Of a DNA stretch of 44,464 nucleotides, positions 1-11,186 are shown one piece after another. The position numbers and the translations under genes were made by a program. The notes below the pieces were generated by a model. That model made no database searches and was not told where the DNA came from. It worked only from the letters and a program-made list of their open reading frames with translations. Source of the stretch: an uncultured virus (IMG/VR IMGVR_UViG_2061766007_004279) (lineage: Duplodnaviria; Heunggongvirae; Uroviricota; Caudoviricetes); IMG/VR virus record IMGVR_UViG_2061766007_004279. One strand, written 5' to 3'. Each line of letters opens with the position of its first letter. The stretch's first letter is position 1.

Positions 1-36
1 ATCCAGTACACTACGGCCGAATAAGGCGGTGAGAGT

Positions 37-613
37 ATGGCGACAGTAGCATGGACAGACACGAATCCGCTGCCTGACAGCGACTGGAACGAAACAGACT
101 TCCCTGTAGTCACGGCAGGGCCTNNNNNNNNNNNNNNNNNNNNNNNNNNNNNNNNNNCGGCGTGGGCAGGCTCTGTATCAAGTACAAAGGATCCCCAACA
201 CGAGGAACCTTGCTATTAAGTACCGACTGCAGTTCCGCATCAGAAGCAACGTTGCAGACCAGAAATACTTCGGCAAGGCGAGAGTATCTCTAGACGGCGA
301 AGACCAGAGCGGCCCGAGTTACGATTCCGGCAGTACATACTACGGCAACACGAGCTGGTCTACGAAGAAGACGGGTTACGCGGTTATTGAAGGAATAAAG
401 AACGGCGTCAACATACCCGCGTTCTTCGTGTGGACAGCGTCTGTGGTATCAGACGAGGCTACGATACCTAATCCAATTACTGCGCCGCAGGTGAGCATCA
501 ACGACGGCGGGAACTGGGTGGAAGCAGACGCGGTTTATATCAAAGTCAACGGCGGATGGGTCGAGGCAGACGCCGTACATGTCAAAGAAAACGGCACATG
601 GCAGGAGGCATGA
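37..613 (+). CDS. Variable tail/receptor-binding-like protein, allele of related phage A; gap at 124-157 shifts the frame
   Basis: ATG 37 after GGTGAGAG. The C-terminus has repeated beta motifs (VSINDGGNWVEADAVYIKVNGGWVEADAVHVKENGTWQEA). It occupies the same pre-portal position as 9873-11088. Confidence 0.5.
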
Positions 614-614
614 G

Positions 615-2651
615 ATGAGAAGGAAACGGAGAAACGGGCAGGAACCGGTGGTGACCGGGTACGACTATTCCACGCCGGAGGCACGGGAGCAGACCGTGAG
701 CGAGCTGTTCCAGCGCGCGAAGACGGCCAGAACCGCCGTGGAGGCGGAGTGGCAGNNNNNNNNNNNNNNNNNNNNNNNNNNNNNNNNNNNNNNNNNNNNN
801 NNNNNNNNNNNNNNNNNNNNNNNNNNNNNNNNNNNNNNNNNNNNNNNNNNNNNNNNNNNNNNNNNNNNNNNNNNNNNNCCGTGACAGCGATATGGACAGC
901 GTGAGGGCGAAGCAGCGGGAGTTCGCCGTGAAGTACATCGTGGAGAACAACCGCCTGAACGACATGAACACGCGCAACGAGCGGCGCCTGCTGAAGCTGG
1001 GCGACGCCTTCTGGAAGGCGTACTGGGACGGCACGATGCGCTGCGGCATCCACGAGGGGGACATCCGGATCCGGGACATCCCCGTGGACGCGATCTTCCC
1101 CGACCCGTCGATCCGGGACGGCACGATCCAGGACGGGCAGTACCTGGACTACGTGTACCGGGTGCACAAGGTGAAGTTCTGCCAGACCTTCGCCGCGGAC
1201 CTGGAGCGGCTGGGGCTGAAGCAGGAAGACATCATGAGCGAGGACTACGTGACGCGCACCGGCGTGTTCGACATGACCACGGCCATCGACGACCTGGACG
1301 ACACGGTGCAGGTGCTGGAGCACTGGTTCCGCCAGCCTTCGGAGACGAAGGACGAGAAGGGCGGGACCGTGCCGGCGGGCGNNNNNNNNNNCCACGACGT
1401 GACGCAGGAGACCATGGAGTACTGCCGGGACAACGATATGCCGTGGGTGCCGTGCAACATGCCGGACCCGTGGATCATGGTGGAGAGCCAGATCGACCCG
1501 AACGTGCCGCAGCCGGAGTTCCGCGGGCGCGACAGCGACATGGACAGCGTGAGGGCGAAGCAGCGGGAGTTCGCCGTGAAGTACATCGTNNNNNNNNNNG
1601 CGCGGTGGGCTGCTCCATCCAGGCAGGAGGCCGGGAGCTGCGGTATATACCGAATTACTGGGAGCGGACGTGCCGGCAGAACACGCTGTTCCCGTTCGTG
1701 CATTACTGGCGGATCCAGGACGAGAACCAGTTCTGGAACAAGAGCGAGCTCTTCCCCATCCTGGACCTGGTGGACGCGGCGGACCGGAAGCTCTCCATGG
1801 CGATCCTGAACGACGCGTTCATGGCCAGCGATATCCTGCTGGTGGAGGACGGCGCGCTGGCGGACGATACGGAGATCACCAACGAGCCGGGCGCCGTGGT
1901 GAAGCTGAAGCCCAACGCCATGGGGCGCGTGCAGCGGCTGGGCGGGCTGCAGAGCCTGGCCAACGCGAGCGTGGGGATCGAATGGTTCAAGGGCCAGATC
2001 GAGCGGACGAACCGGAACTACGACACGTCCATGGGCCACGAGGCCACGCGCGTGACCACCGCCTCCGGCATCGCCATGCTGCGCTCCGACGCGCAGGGGC
2101 AGGCGGATATCAAGAAGGCGGACCGGAACGCCGGCTTCGAGCGGCTGTACGAGCTGCTGGACTGGCTGGCGCTGGAGTTCTTCGACGACGACCGGATGCT
2201 GTTCCTGGGCGCGGACAAAAACAAGGGCCGCGAGGCGGAGCGGATGATCTTCAACAGCGACGACCTCTCCGACGTGCTGCCGGAGGTGCGCGACCTGCAG
2301 GGCAACGTGGTGCGCGAGAGCCGCGACTACTGGCCGCGCATCGACGTGACCGTGACCGCCGGGGACAGCGTGGTGCAGGGCAAGCAGGCCACGCTGCAGG
2401 CGCTGCAGGGGCTGACGCAGAGCCAGATCACCGCGGAGAACTGGCGGCTGTTCGCTTCGCAGCTGGAGGTGCTGGACATCCCGGGCAAGCAGGACATCAT
2501 CCGCGAATGGGAGGAGCGGTTCGCCCCACGGCCGGAGACGGGCATGGATCCGGCGGCCGGGNNNNNNNNNNNNNNNNNNNNNNNNNNNNNNNNNNNNNNN
2601 NNNNNNNNNNNNNNNNNNNNNNNNNNNNNNNNNNNNNNNNGAAGCCTGTGA
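615..2651 (+). CDS. Portal protein (P22-like), copy A, fragmented by gaps
   Basis: ATG 615 after GGAGG. The pieces are highly similar to the intact 629-aa copy at 11187-13076 (KYIVENNRL, DAIFPDPS, FPFVHYW, TNEPGAVVKLK). Segment 1393-1589 is misplaced. Confidence 0.8.
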
Positions 2652-2663
2652 GACCTCGATATG

Positions 2664-2713
2664 ACACCTCATCCGTCAGCCGGGGGCTGACACCTTCCCC
2701 TCAAGGGGAAGGC
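2664..2713 (+). repeat. Family-1 double-hairpin repeat, intergenic
   Basis: ACACCTCATCC-gtcagcc-ggg-ggctgac-ACCTTCCCC-TCAA-GGGGAAGGC. Confidence 0.9.
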
Positions 2714-2735
2714 TTTCAGAGGAAGGAGAAATGAG

Positions 2736-4452
2736 ATGGCGAAGAAATCGGGCGTGAGCATCCAGAGGACGGTGTACGCGACCTTCCGGGGCGCGGACTT
2801 CTCCACGGATCCCTCGCTTGTGGACCAGAGCCGGAGCCCGCTGTGCACCAACATCATCGCCGACGGCGGCGGCATGCCGCAGAAGCGGGACGGCTGGCGG
2901 GTGCTGCATACGCTGTCAGGCCGCGTGAACGGCCTGCACTCCGCGGCCTTCTCCGGAGCGGTGAAGAAGCTGGCGCACGTGGGCACGAAGCTGTATGTGT
3001 TCGAGGATGACGGCGTCCCGGAAGAACTGGAAGGCATCACGCTGCCGGACCACAAGAGCCGGAGCGCGTATCTGGACGGGAAACTGTGGATCGTGACCGG
3101 CGGCGGGTTCTATGCGTACGACGGCACGGCCGCGGCGAAGGTGTCCGACGGCGGCGCGTACATCCCGACCACGACCATCACGCGGACGCCGGCCGGCGGC
3201 GGCGTGAGCTACGAGGACGTGAACCTGCTCACTCCCTACCGGAAGAACGCCTTTCAGACGGACGGGACGAGCGTGACCTTCACGCTGGACGGGGAGATCG
3301 ACCTGACGGGCGACGTGACCTGCTGGGTGTGGGGCGTGGAGACGACACCGTACGACATCGACCGGCGGAACGGCACCGTGACCTTTGAGACCGCGCCGGC
3401 GGCGCCGGAGGCGGGGGCCGNNNNNNNNNNNNNNNNNNNNNNNNNNNNNNNNNNNNNNNNNNNNNNCCGGATCGACAAGTGCACGATCCTGTCCACCTAC
3501 GGCGTGGGGACGAACGACCGGCTGGTGCTCTCCGGGAACCCGGACTTCCCGAACCTGGACTGGATCAGCGCCATCGGGGATCCGACCTACTTCCCGGACC
3601 TGGGATACTCCACCATCGGCGGGGAGAACACCGCGATCCTCGGCTACCTGCGCGTGGGGAGCTCGCAGGCCATCGTGAAGGCGGACGACGGGCAGGACTC
3701 CTCCGTGTTCCTGCGGACGGCGGAGATCGGCAGCACGGGCGACGCGGCGTTCCCGATCCGGCAGGCCATCGCCGGCGTGGGAGCGGTGAGCGCGGGCAGC
3801 TTCGCGTCTTTGCTGGACGACCCGCTGTTCCTCTCCCGGAACGGGATCATGGCGATCGCGTCCAACTCCATCACGAGCGAGAAGATCTCACAGGGGCGGA
3901 GCTACTACGTGAACGCGAAGCTCACCAAGGAAGAAGGACTGGGCGAGGCGGAGGCGGTGGTCTACGGCGGCATGTACCTGCTGTCGACCGGGAGCGGCCA
4001 CGTATACGTGATGGACGGACGCCAGAACAAAAGCTACAAGAGCGCCAGCTTGGGCGACTTCATATACGAGTGCTACTACTGGGAGGATATGCCGGCGCGG
4101 GTGTGGATGTGCCGGAAGAGCGGGACCGGCGAGAGCCTGTACTTCGGCACGGAGGACGGCAGGATCTGCAAGGTGAACTCCGACGTGGAGGGCATGAACC
4201 GCTACAGCGACGGCGGGACCCTGATCCCCGATACGCAGACGATCGTGAACGGAGAGGCCATCGAGGCGGTGTGGAGCACCAAGTACGACGACGACGGCAC
4301 GCCGGCCATCCTGAAAACGATGCTGAAGCGGGGCTGCTGCGTGACGATAAAGCCCTACGCGCGGAGCTCCGCGCAGGTGTACTTCCGCAGCGACCGGAGC
4401 GGCGGNNNNNNNNNNGAAGCATTTCGTCATCGGCAACTATGCGAAACGGTGA
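2736..4452 (+). CDS. Packaged-DNA stabilization/nozzle-like protein, copy A (gapped)
   Basis: Follows the portal. Beta-rich (YATFRGADFSTDP, PTYFPDLGY, LYFGTEDGRICK). Homolog at 13069-14953. Ends KHFVIGNYAKR*. Confidence 0.65.
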
Positions 4453-4474
4453 TGGGGGCTGCGTTGATCGACGG

Positions 4475-4512
4475 GATCTCTCACCGGTGTGAGCACCGGT
4501 TCGAGAATGGCA
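4475..4512 (+). repeat. Family-2 hairpin repeat
   Basis: GATCTCTC-accggtg-tgag-caccggt-TCGAGAATGGCA; matches 29306, 30372, 36233 and 11147. Confidence 0.8.
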
Positions 4513-4533
4513 TTAAAGGAGGGGCAAAACGTT

Positions 4534-4650
4534 ATGAAATGTCCGAAATGCGGGATCGAGATGAAGCGGGAGACGGCCGGCAGGTGGGTCTGCCGGAATC
4601 CGAAGTGCAACATGAGCAAGGGAGGAAAAGAGCATGGCAACGAAGGATGA
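4534..4650 (+). CDS. Small zinc-ribbon protein (38 aa), copy A
   Basis: MKCPKCGIEMKRETAGRWVCRNPKC; RBS AAGGAGG; conserved homolog at 15023-15124. Confidence 0.7.
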   Translation: MKCPKCGIEMKRETAGRWVCRNPKCNMSKGGKEHGNEG

Positions 4651-4870
4651 ACTGATCAGGGCGTATACCGACACGGGGAGCGGAAGGCAGGCCGTGCAGG
4701 ATCCGGTGGCGCAGGCGTACCGGCAGGCCGCANNNNNNNNNNAAAGCATTTCGTCATCGGCAACTATGCGAAGAGATAAGGAGGACGGCGGCATGAAATG
4801 TCCGAAATGCGGGATCGAGATGAAGCGGGAGACGGCCGGCAGNNNNNNNNNNGGCGCAGTATTACAAGGG

Positions 4871-5579
4871 ATGAAATACCGGGAAGGGACACCGCCGGCC
4901 GTCTGCATGATGACGCAGTCGACGTGCTACCGCAACAGCCGGCTGATGGCGGTGCGGGGGGTGCTTTGGCACTCCACGGGCGCGAACAACCCGAACCTGA
5001 AGCGCTACGTGCAGCCGGACGACAACGCGCCGGACCGCGCGGAGCTGCTTGCCCTGCTGGGGAAGAACACGAACGGGAACGACTGGAACCATATCGCCGT
5101 GGAGGCCGGGCTGAACGCCTGGATCGGGAAGCTGGCCGACGGGTCGGTGGCGTCCGTGCAGACGATGCCGTGGAACTTCCGGCCGTGGGGATGCGGGTCC
5201 GGGCGGAAGGGCAGCTGCAACGANNNNNNNNNNCTCGGGGCTCCGGTATCCGGAGATCCTGGCCTGGAACAGTCTGACGGACTCCATGATCTGGCCCGGG
5301 CAGCGGCTGCGGATCCCGGACCAGACGCCCGCACCGGATCCCACGGAGGACTGGGCGCAGGTGTGCCTTCCGGTCCTGCACGAGGGCGACAGCTCGCTCG
5401 CCGTGCAGGCCGTGCAGTACCTGCTCACGGCCAAAGGCTACGACCTTCCGGAGCATGGCTGCGACGGGGAGTTCGGCGGGGAGACCATGAGCGCCGTGCG
5501 CGCCTTCCAGGAGGACCACGGGATCGCGTGCGGGAACGTGGACGCGAAGACATGGACAGCCCTTGTCCTGGGGGAATGA
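4871..5579 (+). CDS. Endolysin A: Amidase_2-like domain, LysM and PG_binding_1 (gapped)
   Basis: VLWHSTGANNP..NAWIGKLADG..PWGCG (amidase). YPEILAWNSLTDSMIWPGQRLRIP (LysM end). DGEFGGETMSAVRAFQ (peptidoglycan-binding). Confidence 0.8.
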
Positions 5580-5592
5580 AAGGAGAAACGAC

Positions 5593-6153
5593 GTGACACT
5601 CGGAGAAGCGAAAGAAAAGGTCTACATGCTGCTGGACGAGCACAGCGCCGGCGGCGAGGTGGAGCACGACGAAGACATCGAGCTGAAGATGGTCCGGTTC
5701 TTCGACATCGCCCAGAAGACGCTGAGCCAGATCAAGAAGATCCTGAAAACGAAGAAGATCACCGCGCAGAGCGGGAAGGAAGAGTACGCCATGCCCGGGG
5801 ACTTCCGGCAGGTGTACCGGATCTGGCGGGACGGGAAGACCGTCACCAACCGGTACCGCTGGCGGGGCGGGAAGCTGCTGATCCCGGAGCGGGACGCGGG
5901 GAGCGAGTTCGTCATCGAGTATTTCGCCAACCCGGAGACCATCCCGGAGGACGCGGATGACGAATATGAGTTCGAGATCGCGGAGGACGCCTGCGAGTGC
6001 ATGCCCTACTACGTGGCGGCGCAGCAGCTCCTGCCTGATCTGGTGATGGACTACGGGTCCATGCTGAACATGTACTCCCAGGCGGTGGGGCTGCTGGACA
6101 CGACCATGCCGGGGGAGAACAGCCGCATTACGCAGGCGTTTTTCGGGAGATGA
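5593..6153 (+). CDS. Putative head-tail adaptor protein
   Basis: GTG 5593 after AAGGAG. MTLGEAKEKVYMLLDE..EYAMPGDF..YFANPETI..CMPYYVA resembles podovirus adaptors. Its 5' end recurs at 44375. Confidence 0.6.
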   Translation: MTLGEAKEKVYMLLDEHSAGGEVEHDEDIELKMVRFFDIAQKTLSQIKKILKTKKITAQSGKEEYAMPGDFRQVYRIWRDGKTVTNRYRWRGGKLLIPERDAGSEFVIEYFANPETIPEDADDEYEFEIAEDACECMPYYVAAQQLLPDLVMDYGSMLNMYSQAVGLLDTTMPGENSRITQAFFGR

Positions 6154-6154
6154 T

Positions 6155-6200
6155 CCCCCCTTAGTCCGCTGCGGCGGACAGCTCCCCCCGAGGGGGAGCC
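6155..6200 (+). repeat. Family-1b double-hairpin repeat
   Basis: CCCCCCTTA-gtccgc-tgcg-gcggac-A-gctccccc-cga-gggggagc. Same architecture as family 1; partial relatives at 11091-11114, 39610-39631 and 43379-43386. Confidence 0.65.
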
Positions 6201-6240
6201 GGGCCGNNNNNNNNNNNNNNNNNNNNNNNNNNNNNNNNNN

Positions 6241-6564
6241 GGAAGTCAGGGCGTAGAGATCGCCCGGGGGACCGGGGACGGGATGTATATCTCCTTCCCG
6301 GACGCGCCGCTGGAGAGCGGGGATATGATCCGCTTCGCCGTCCGGGAGGAGGCGGAGAGCGACACAACGCTGATGGAGAAGACCGTCACAGAGTTCACCG
6401 GGGACGGGAAGGCATATATCTCCTTCACGGAGGAGGACACCCTTTCCCTGGAGGCCGGGGACTACGTGTACGGCGTGCAGGTCATCCGGTCCGGAGCGGA
6501 GCCCGTGGACGTGATCCGGGAGGCGGCCTTCGCGGTGAAGGAGTCGGTGGCCAGAGATGAATGA
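6241..6564 (+). CDS. BppU-N-like tail protein (5' end in gap)
   Basis: EIARGTGD..IRFAVRE..ISFTEEDTLSLEAGDYVYGVQV; located in the tail module. Confidence 0.55.
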   Translation, partial: GSQGVEIARGTGDGMYISFPDAPLESGDMIRFAVREEAESDTTLMEKTVTEFTGDGKAYISFTEEDTLSLEAGDYVYGVQVIRSGAEPVDVIREAAFAVKESVARDE

Positions 6565-6570
6565 AATGCT

Positions 6571-6740
6571 TCGATCAAGACCCGCTGACGCTGGGCTCTT
6601 GATCGAGAGGGATGCGGCCCGACCCGCGCACTCGCTTTGCTCGCACACTCTCGGGCCGAGAGGAATTTATCCCGAGGTACACGCCCCCGGGAAAAATATC
6701 TGCATTTCATTCGCCGTGCGCGGCGAACTCTGCGAGCCAA
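6571..6740 (+). repeat. Family-3 multi-hairpin element (~170 bp), copy 1
   Basis: Aligns with 44194-44364; the first 50 nt are identical. Confidence 0.85.
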
Positions 6741-6762
6741 AAGGAGATGAAANNNNNNNNNN

Positions 6763-8382
6763 TCATAGCTTCACAGGACGGCCCGGCGGAGATCGCGGCC
6801 GGGATCCAGAGCGATGCGAACATAGAGGCCAAGGTGGAGCAGCCGGCGGAGATCCATGTGGAAGTCATGCCCGCCGGTCCGCAAGGCCCCCGCGGTCCGC
6901 AGGGCGAACAGGGCATACAGGGCGAGACCGGCGACGACGGAGCTGCCGCTACCATCGCTGTCGGGACTGTTGCCACGCTCCCGGCCGGGTCCTCCGCCAC
7001 GGTGACGAACAGCGGCACGTCCAGCGCGGCAGTGTTCGACTTCGGCATCCCAAAGGGCGACAAGGGCGACGCCGGCGATACAGGGCCTTCCGGTGCTGAC
7101 GGCGCAGACGGCGTATCTCCTGATGTTACCGTCACGGACATCACGGGAGGCCACCGCGTCATCATCACCGACGCTGACCATCCAAGCGGACAGACATTCA
7201 ATGTGATGGACGGCGAGGACGGGCAGAACGGGCAGGGCGTTCCTACTGGCGGCACGACCGGGCAGGTGCTTACCAAGAAATCCGGTACGGACTACGACAC
7301 CGAGTGGGCATCGACCATCATCCCTTACGGCAAACTCGACTTGACCTCCACCGCCACGGACATGACCGCCACAGTACCGGGCATTACGGAACTGAAAAGC
7401 GGCGTGTGCGTGTGGCTCACCAACGGAGTTGTAACGTCCACGACAAACTACACCATCGACATCAACGGTCTTGGTGCGAAGCCCGTGTATTCGTCCCAAG
7501 CAGCCGCAACCCGCACGACTTCGCTGTTCAATGTCAATTACACCGCTTTGCTGATATACAACGAAGACCGGGTAGAGGACGGGTGCTGGGACTATGTTTA
7601 CGGCTATGACTCCAACACCAACACCATCGGTTACCAGATAAGGACGAACGGCGTGACCATGCCGATGGACAGCATCACCTATCGTTACCGTCTGCTGTTC
7701 CAAAAGCCGGACGGGAAGAAGTTCGTCCCCGCCAACAATTCGACCTCGACAAACGCCACGGCGTCGAGAACAGTCTGCCAGACCCCCATCGACCCGTTTG
7801 GCCTTATCGTTTACTACGGCACAACGGCATCCGTTGCGGCTGGGGCAAAGCCGAGTTCTTCTTACCTCTGGCAACAGTATGACGGTATCAGCTTGGGGTA
7901 TTCTTTCAACCGCACCGGAGCGGCTTTGACGCTTACAACGTCTGAACCGATTTATCTGAAGTGCGCGCCGCAGTCTGACGGGTCTGCAAAAATGGACAGC
8001 ACAACGCCGTTTGTACAGGCGCTGCCATCAACCGCCGACGGGAAGATCTACATTTTCCTTGGTATTGCGGCAAGCGCTACGACATTCACGCTGACGCTGG
8101 AACACCCCGTTTATTACCATGACGGTTCGCGGATCAGAATTTGGACTGGCAAGGCAATTCCGTCGCCCTCCTCCGCAACGCCGCAGCCTCTTGGCACGGC
8201 GGCGGCGGGGTCNNNNNNNNNNNNNNNNNNNNNNNNNNNNNNNNNNNNNTTACACGGCGGCAGACGTGGGGGCTGTGGCTGTCGCACAGGGCGCAGGACA
8301 CGCCGGGGAGTTCCTTGTGGTAGGCTCTGACGGAAATGTTAAAACGGTAACGATGTCCGCATGGAACGGAGGCAACTACTGA
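6763..8382 (+). CDS. Tail fibre/receptor-binding protein with collagen-like repeats (start in gap; gap at 8213-8249)
   Basis: GPQGPRGPQGEQGIQGETG, AVFDFGIPKGDKGD, GVPTGGTTGQVLTKKSGTDYDTEW and TIDINGLGAKPV fibre motifs. Ends SAWNGGNY*. Confidence 0.8.
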
Positions 8383-8885
8383 TGGCTTTGGACAAACTCG
8401 TTGACTCAACTCAGCTTGACAGCGATCTGACTTCCGTTGCCGACGCAATCCGCACAAAGGGCGACACAAGCTCTGTGCTGGCGTTTCCCGCCGGGTTCGT
8501 GAGCGCCATTGGCAATCTGCCAAGCGCAAGACTGATAAAGTATAAATCCGTAACATTTACAACGACCGCAACAAGCGACGCGCGTCAGACCGTCTCTCTT
8601 GAACCCGGAATGACAAATTACTATATCACGGTCATAATCGACACTCGCCCAAGCGCACCGGACTCTTCCGAATATATAGCCTTGCAGTGGCATCTTTTGA
8701 ACCTCACCGGTTACGGCCTACAGCAAACGGGAATGATTTTGAGGCCAAACGGAACAATCGGAACAGATGGTGCTGCGTGCGGATTTACTGCTTCTACCGG
8801 CGTGCTTTCAATGGGGGGACCGTATGGTCATTTTATGGCGGGAACCACCTATCACATTTATCAATTTGAAATTGGAGCGAACTGA
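8382..8885 (+). CDS. Tail-fibre-associated protein
   Basis: The N-terminus LDSDLTSVADAIRTKGDTSSVLAFPAGFVSAI is typical of Clostridia phage fibre proteins. Coupled to the upstream gene by a TGATG overlap. Confidence 0.6.
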   Translation: MALDKLVDSTQLDSDLTSVADAIRTKGDTSSVLAFPAGFVSAIGNLPSARLIKYKSVTFTTTATSDARQTVSLEPGMTNYYITVIIDTRPSAPDSSEYIALQWHLLNLTGYGLQQTGMILRPNGTIGTDGAACGFTASTGVLSMGGPYGHFMAGTTYHIYQFEIGAN

Positions 8886-9358
8886 TGAAAAAGCTGCTGG
8901 TCGTTTTAATGACCATCGCCATGTTCGCCGTTCCGCGGCCCGTGACAATTCCTGACGGGGCATACGGAGTGTTTCAAGTTTCGTCCATCGGCACATCTAC
9001 CCCGGTCTATTTTTCCGACACACTTACCGGGCAGGAAGTGGTTGACGAGGAAAACTCCGCGCTGATCCGGGAACGCGGCAAGGGGTATTTCATCGGTGAC
9101 CATTACGGAAGTGAGGTGGACGGCGGGGAATGGAACGTCAACGAAATGCACGTGGGCGAACCCGCGTTCCTCATCACCGAGGAGACAACCTATTGTTATG
9201 AGTGCATTGCCGTGTGCCTCTGCTATGACAACGGGTACGACTATCTGTTCGGCGGCTACCGCGTCAGACCGGATACGAACGACATCATTGCGTGCGGGTG
9301 CGCCTGGGGCGACTATGTGTATCTGGCTTACTACGATTATTCCGGCGAAATACCATAA
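8885..9358 (+). CDS. Exported protein with sortase-like fold
   Basis: Signal peptide MKKLLVVLMTIAMFA, then GVFQVSSIGTSTPVY, QEVVD, FIGDH and IIACGC. Confidence 0.5.
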   Translation: MKKLLVVLMTIAMFAVPRPVTIPDGAYGVFQVSSIGTSTPVYFSDTLTGQEVVDEENSALIRERGKGYFIGDHYGSEVDGGEWNVNEMHVGEPAFLITEETTYCYECIAVCLCYDNGYDYLFGGYRVRPDTNDIIACGCAWGDYVYLAYYDYSGEIP

Positions 9359-9371
9359 GGGAGGAAACGAC

Positions 9372-9859
9372 ATGAGTTTTACGAAGATCACGGACGGGGA
9401 TATCACATCCCAGGGGGTGCAGAGCAAGCCCAACAAGCTCACCGGGACGGCGGCGCAGAACAAGCAGGCCTTCGACAACCTGGTGAGCGCGGTGGTGAAG
9501 GCGAAGTTCAACGCCCTCATCGACGAGCTGGTGGCCGCCACGGCGGCGGCCCAGCTGGGCGTGGACACCATCGGCGTGGGATATGAGGACTACGACAACC
9601 TGCAGGACGTGCTGGAGGCCATCGTGGCGGCCATGGCCGGCATCACCCAGGGCAGCGTGGCCGANNNNNNNNNNNNNNNNNNGGGGCGGTGACCACCGGG
9701 AAGATCGACGACGCCGCGGTGACGGAGGCCAAGCTGGACACTACCACCCTGGACTATGAGACGGTCAACCTCAGCGCCAACCAGGTGCGGCCCATCTATG
9801 TGACCAACACCGTTCCCACCGGGGCGAGCGCCGACGGGATCTATCTGGTGTACGAATAA
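9372..9859 (+). CDS. Tail-associated structural protein (gapped)
   Basis: RBS GGGAGG. MSFTKITDGD..NKQAFDNLV, GAVTTGKIDDAAVTEAKL repeats, ending DGIYLVYE*. Confidence 0.6.
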
Positions 9860-9872
9860 GGCGGTGAGGTAG

Positions 9873-11088
9873 ATGGCGACGATTTCCGCATCGAGCGAAA
9901 ATACGACGGTATCTCTGACCGTAACAGCCAGCGCCAGCCGAAGCGGCGGGNNNNNNNNNNGCTGAAGGCCAATTATCCCGGGCCGTACTACAGCTGGGGC
10001 AAGGTCAACGGCGATACCGTGAAGACCGTATCGAACAACACGTCCAACGACGGCTTTACGCATACCGGGACGAAGACTGTAACGGACACGGAGTACGGCG
10101 CGAAGACCTACTCCATCCCCATCGCGGTGCACGGGCAGGGGAGCCGGGGCGGCGGCTCACTGGCGCAGACTACCACCGGGTCGGTGAGCGTCAGCATCGG
10201 GGCGGCGAAGTTCACCGTCACGTTCGACAAGAACGGCGGGGACACGCCGAGCATGGCTGGCAAGGAGGTCACCTATGGGCAGACCTTCGGCACGCTGGCG
10301 GCCTGCAGCAGGACGGGGTACAACTTCGCCGGATGGTTCACGGCGGCCGAAGGNNNNNNNNNNNNNNNNNNNNNNNNNNNNNNNNNNNNNNNNNNNNNNN
10401 NNNNNNNNNNNNNNNNNNNNNNNNNNNNNNNNNNNNNNNNNNNNNNNNNNNNNNNNNNNNNNNNNNNNNNNNNNNNNNNNNNNNNNNNNNNNNNNNNNNN
10501 NNNNNNNNNNNNNNNNNNNNNNNNNNNNNNNNNNNNNNNNNNNNNNNNNNNNNNNNNNNNNNNNNNNNNNNNNNNNNNNNNNNNNNNNNNNNNNNNNNNN
10601 NNNNNNNNNNNNNNNNNNNNNNNNNNNNNNNNNNNNNNNNNNNNNNNNNNNNNNNNNNNNNNNNNNNNNNNNNNNCCAACGCCACCACGGTGAGCAGCGC
10701 CTCCAACACCACCGTATACGCCCAGTGGACCGGGAACGAGGTCACCTGCACCTACGACGCCCGGGGCGGGACGGTGAACCCGGCGGGCAAGACTGTGACC
10801 GTGGGGAGCGCCTACGGGGAGCTGCCCACGCCGACAAGGGCCGGATACAGGTTCCTGGGCTGGTGGGCCACCGTGCTGGGGAACACGGAGATCACCCCGG
10901 AGTCAACGGTGACGGCCACGGGGAACCACACCATATACGCCCGGTGGGAGCCGCTGAGCGTGCTCCGGTACGTGGGAGGCGGCGAGGCAAAGACCGTCAC
11001 CAACATCAAGGTGGTGGAGAGCGGGACCGTGAGGAACATCGTGGGGTGCTATTCCGTGGAGAGCGGAGTAGTGAAGCAGGGAGTGTGA
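9873..11088 (+). CDS. InlB B-repeat (Flg_new)-containing virion surface protein (gapped)
   Basis: VTFDKNGG..SRTGYNFAGWFT and YDARGG..YGELPTPTRAGYRFLGWW..TIYARW repeats. Confidence 0.75.
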
Positions 11089-11090
11089 GG

Positions 11091-11175
11091 CCCCCCTCAG
11101 CCGCTTCGCGGCAGNNNNNNNNNNNNNNNNNNNNNNNNNNNNNNNNCAGTCTGCGGACTGGTTCGGAATGACAGA
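11091..11175 (+). repeat. Family-1b and family-2 repeats upstream of portal B, interrupted by a gap
   Basis: CCCCCCTCAGCCGCTTCGCGGCAG, then CAGTCTGCGGACTGGTTCGGAATGACAGA. Confidence 0.65.
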
Positions 11176-11186
11176 CGGGAGGACGT

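Noticed and set aside
1393..1589. Internal duplication in portal A
   Set aside because: It is the N-terminal piece that belongs around gap 756-878, misplaced between N joins.
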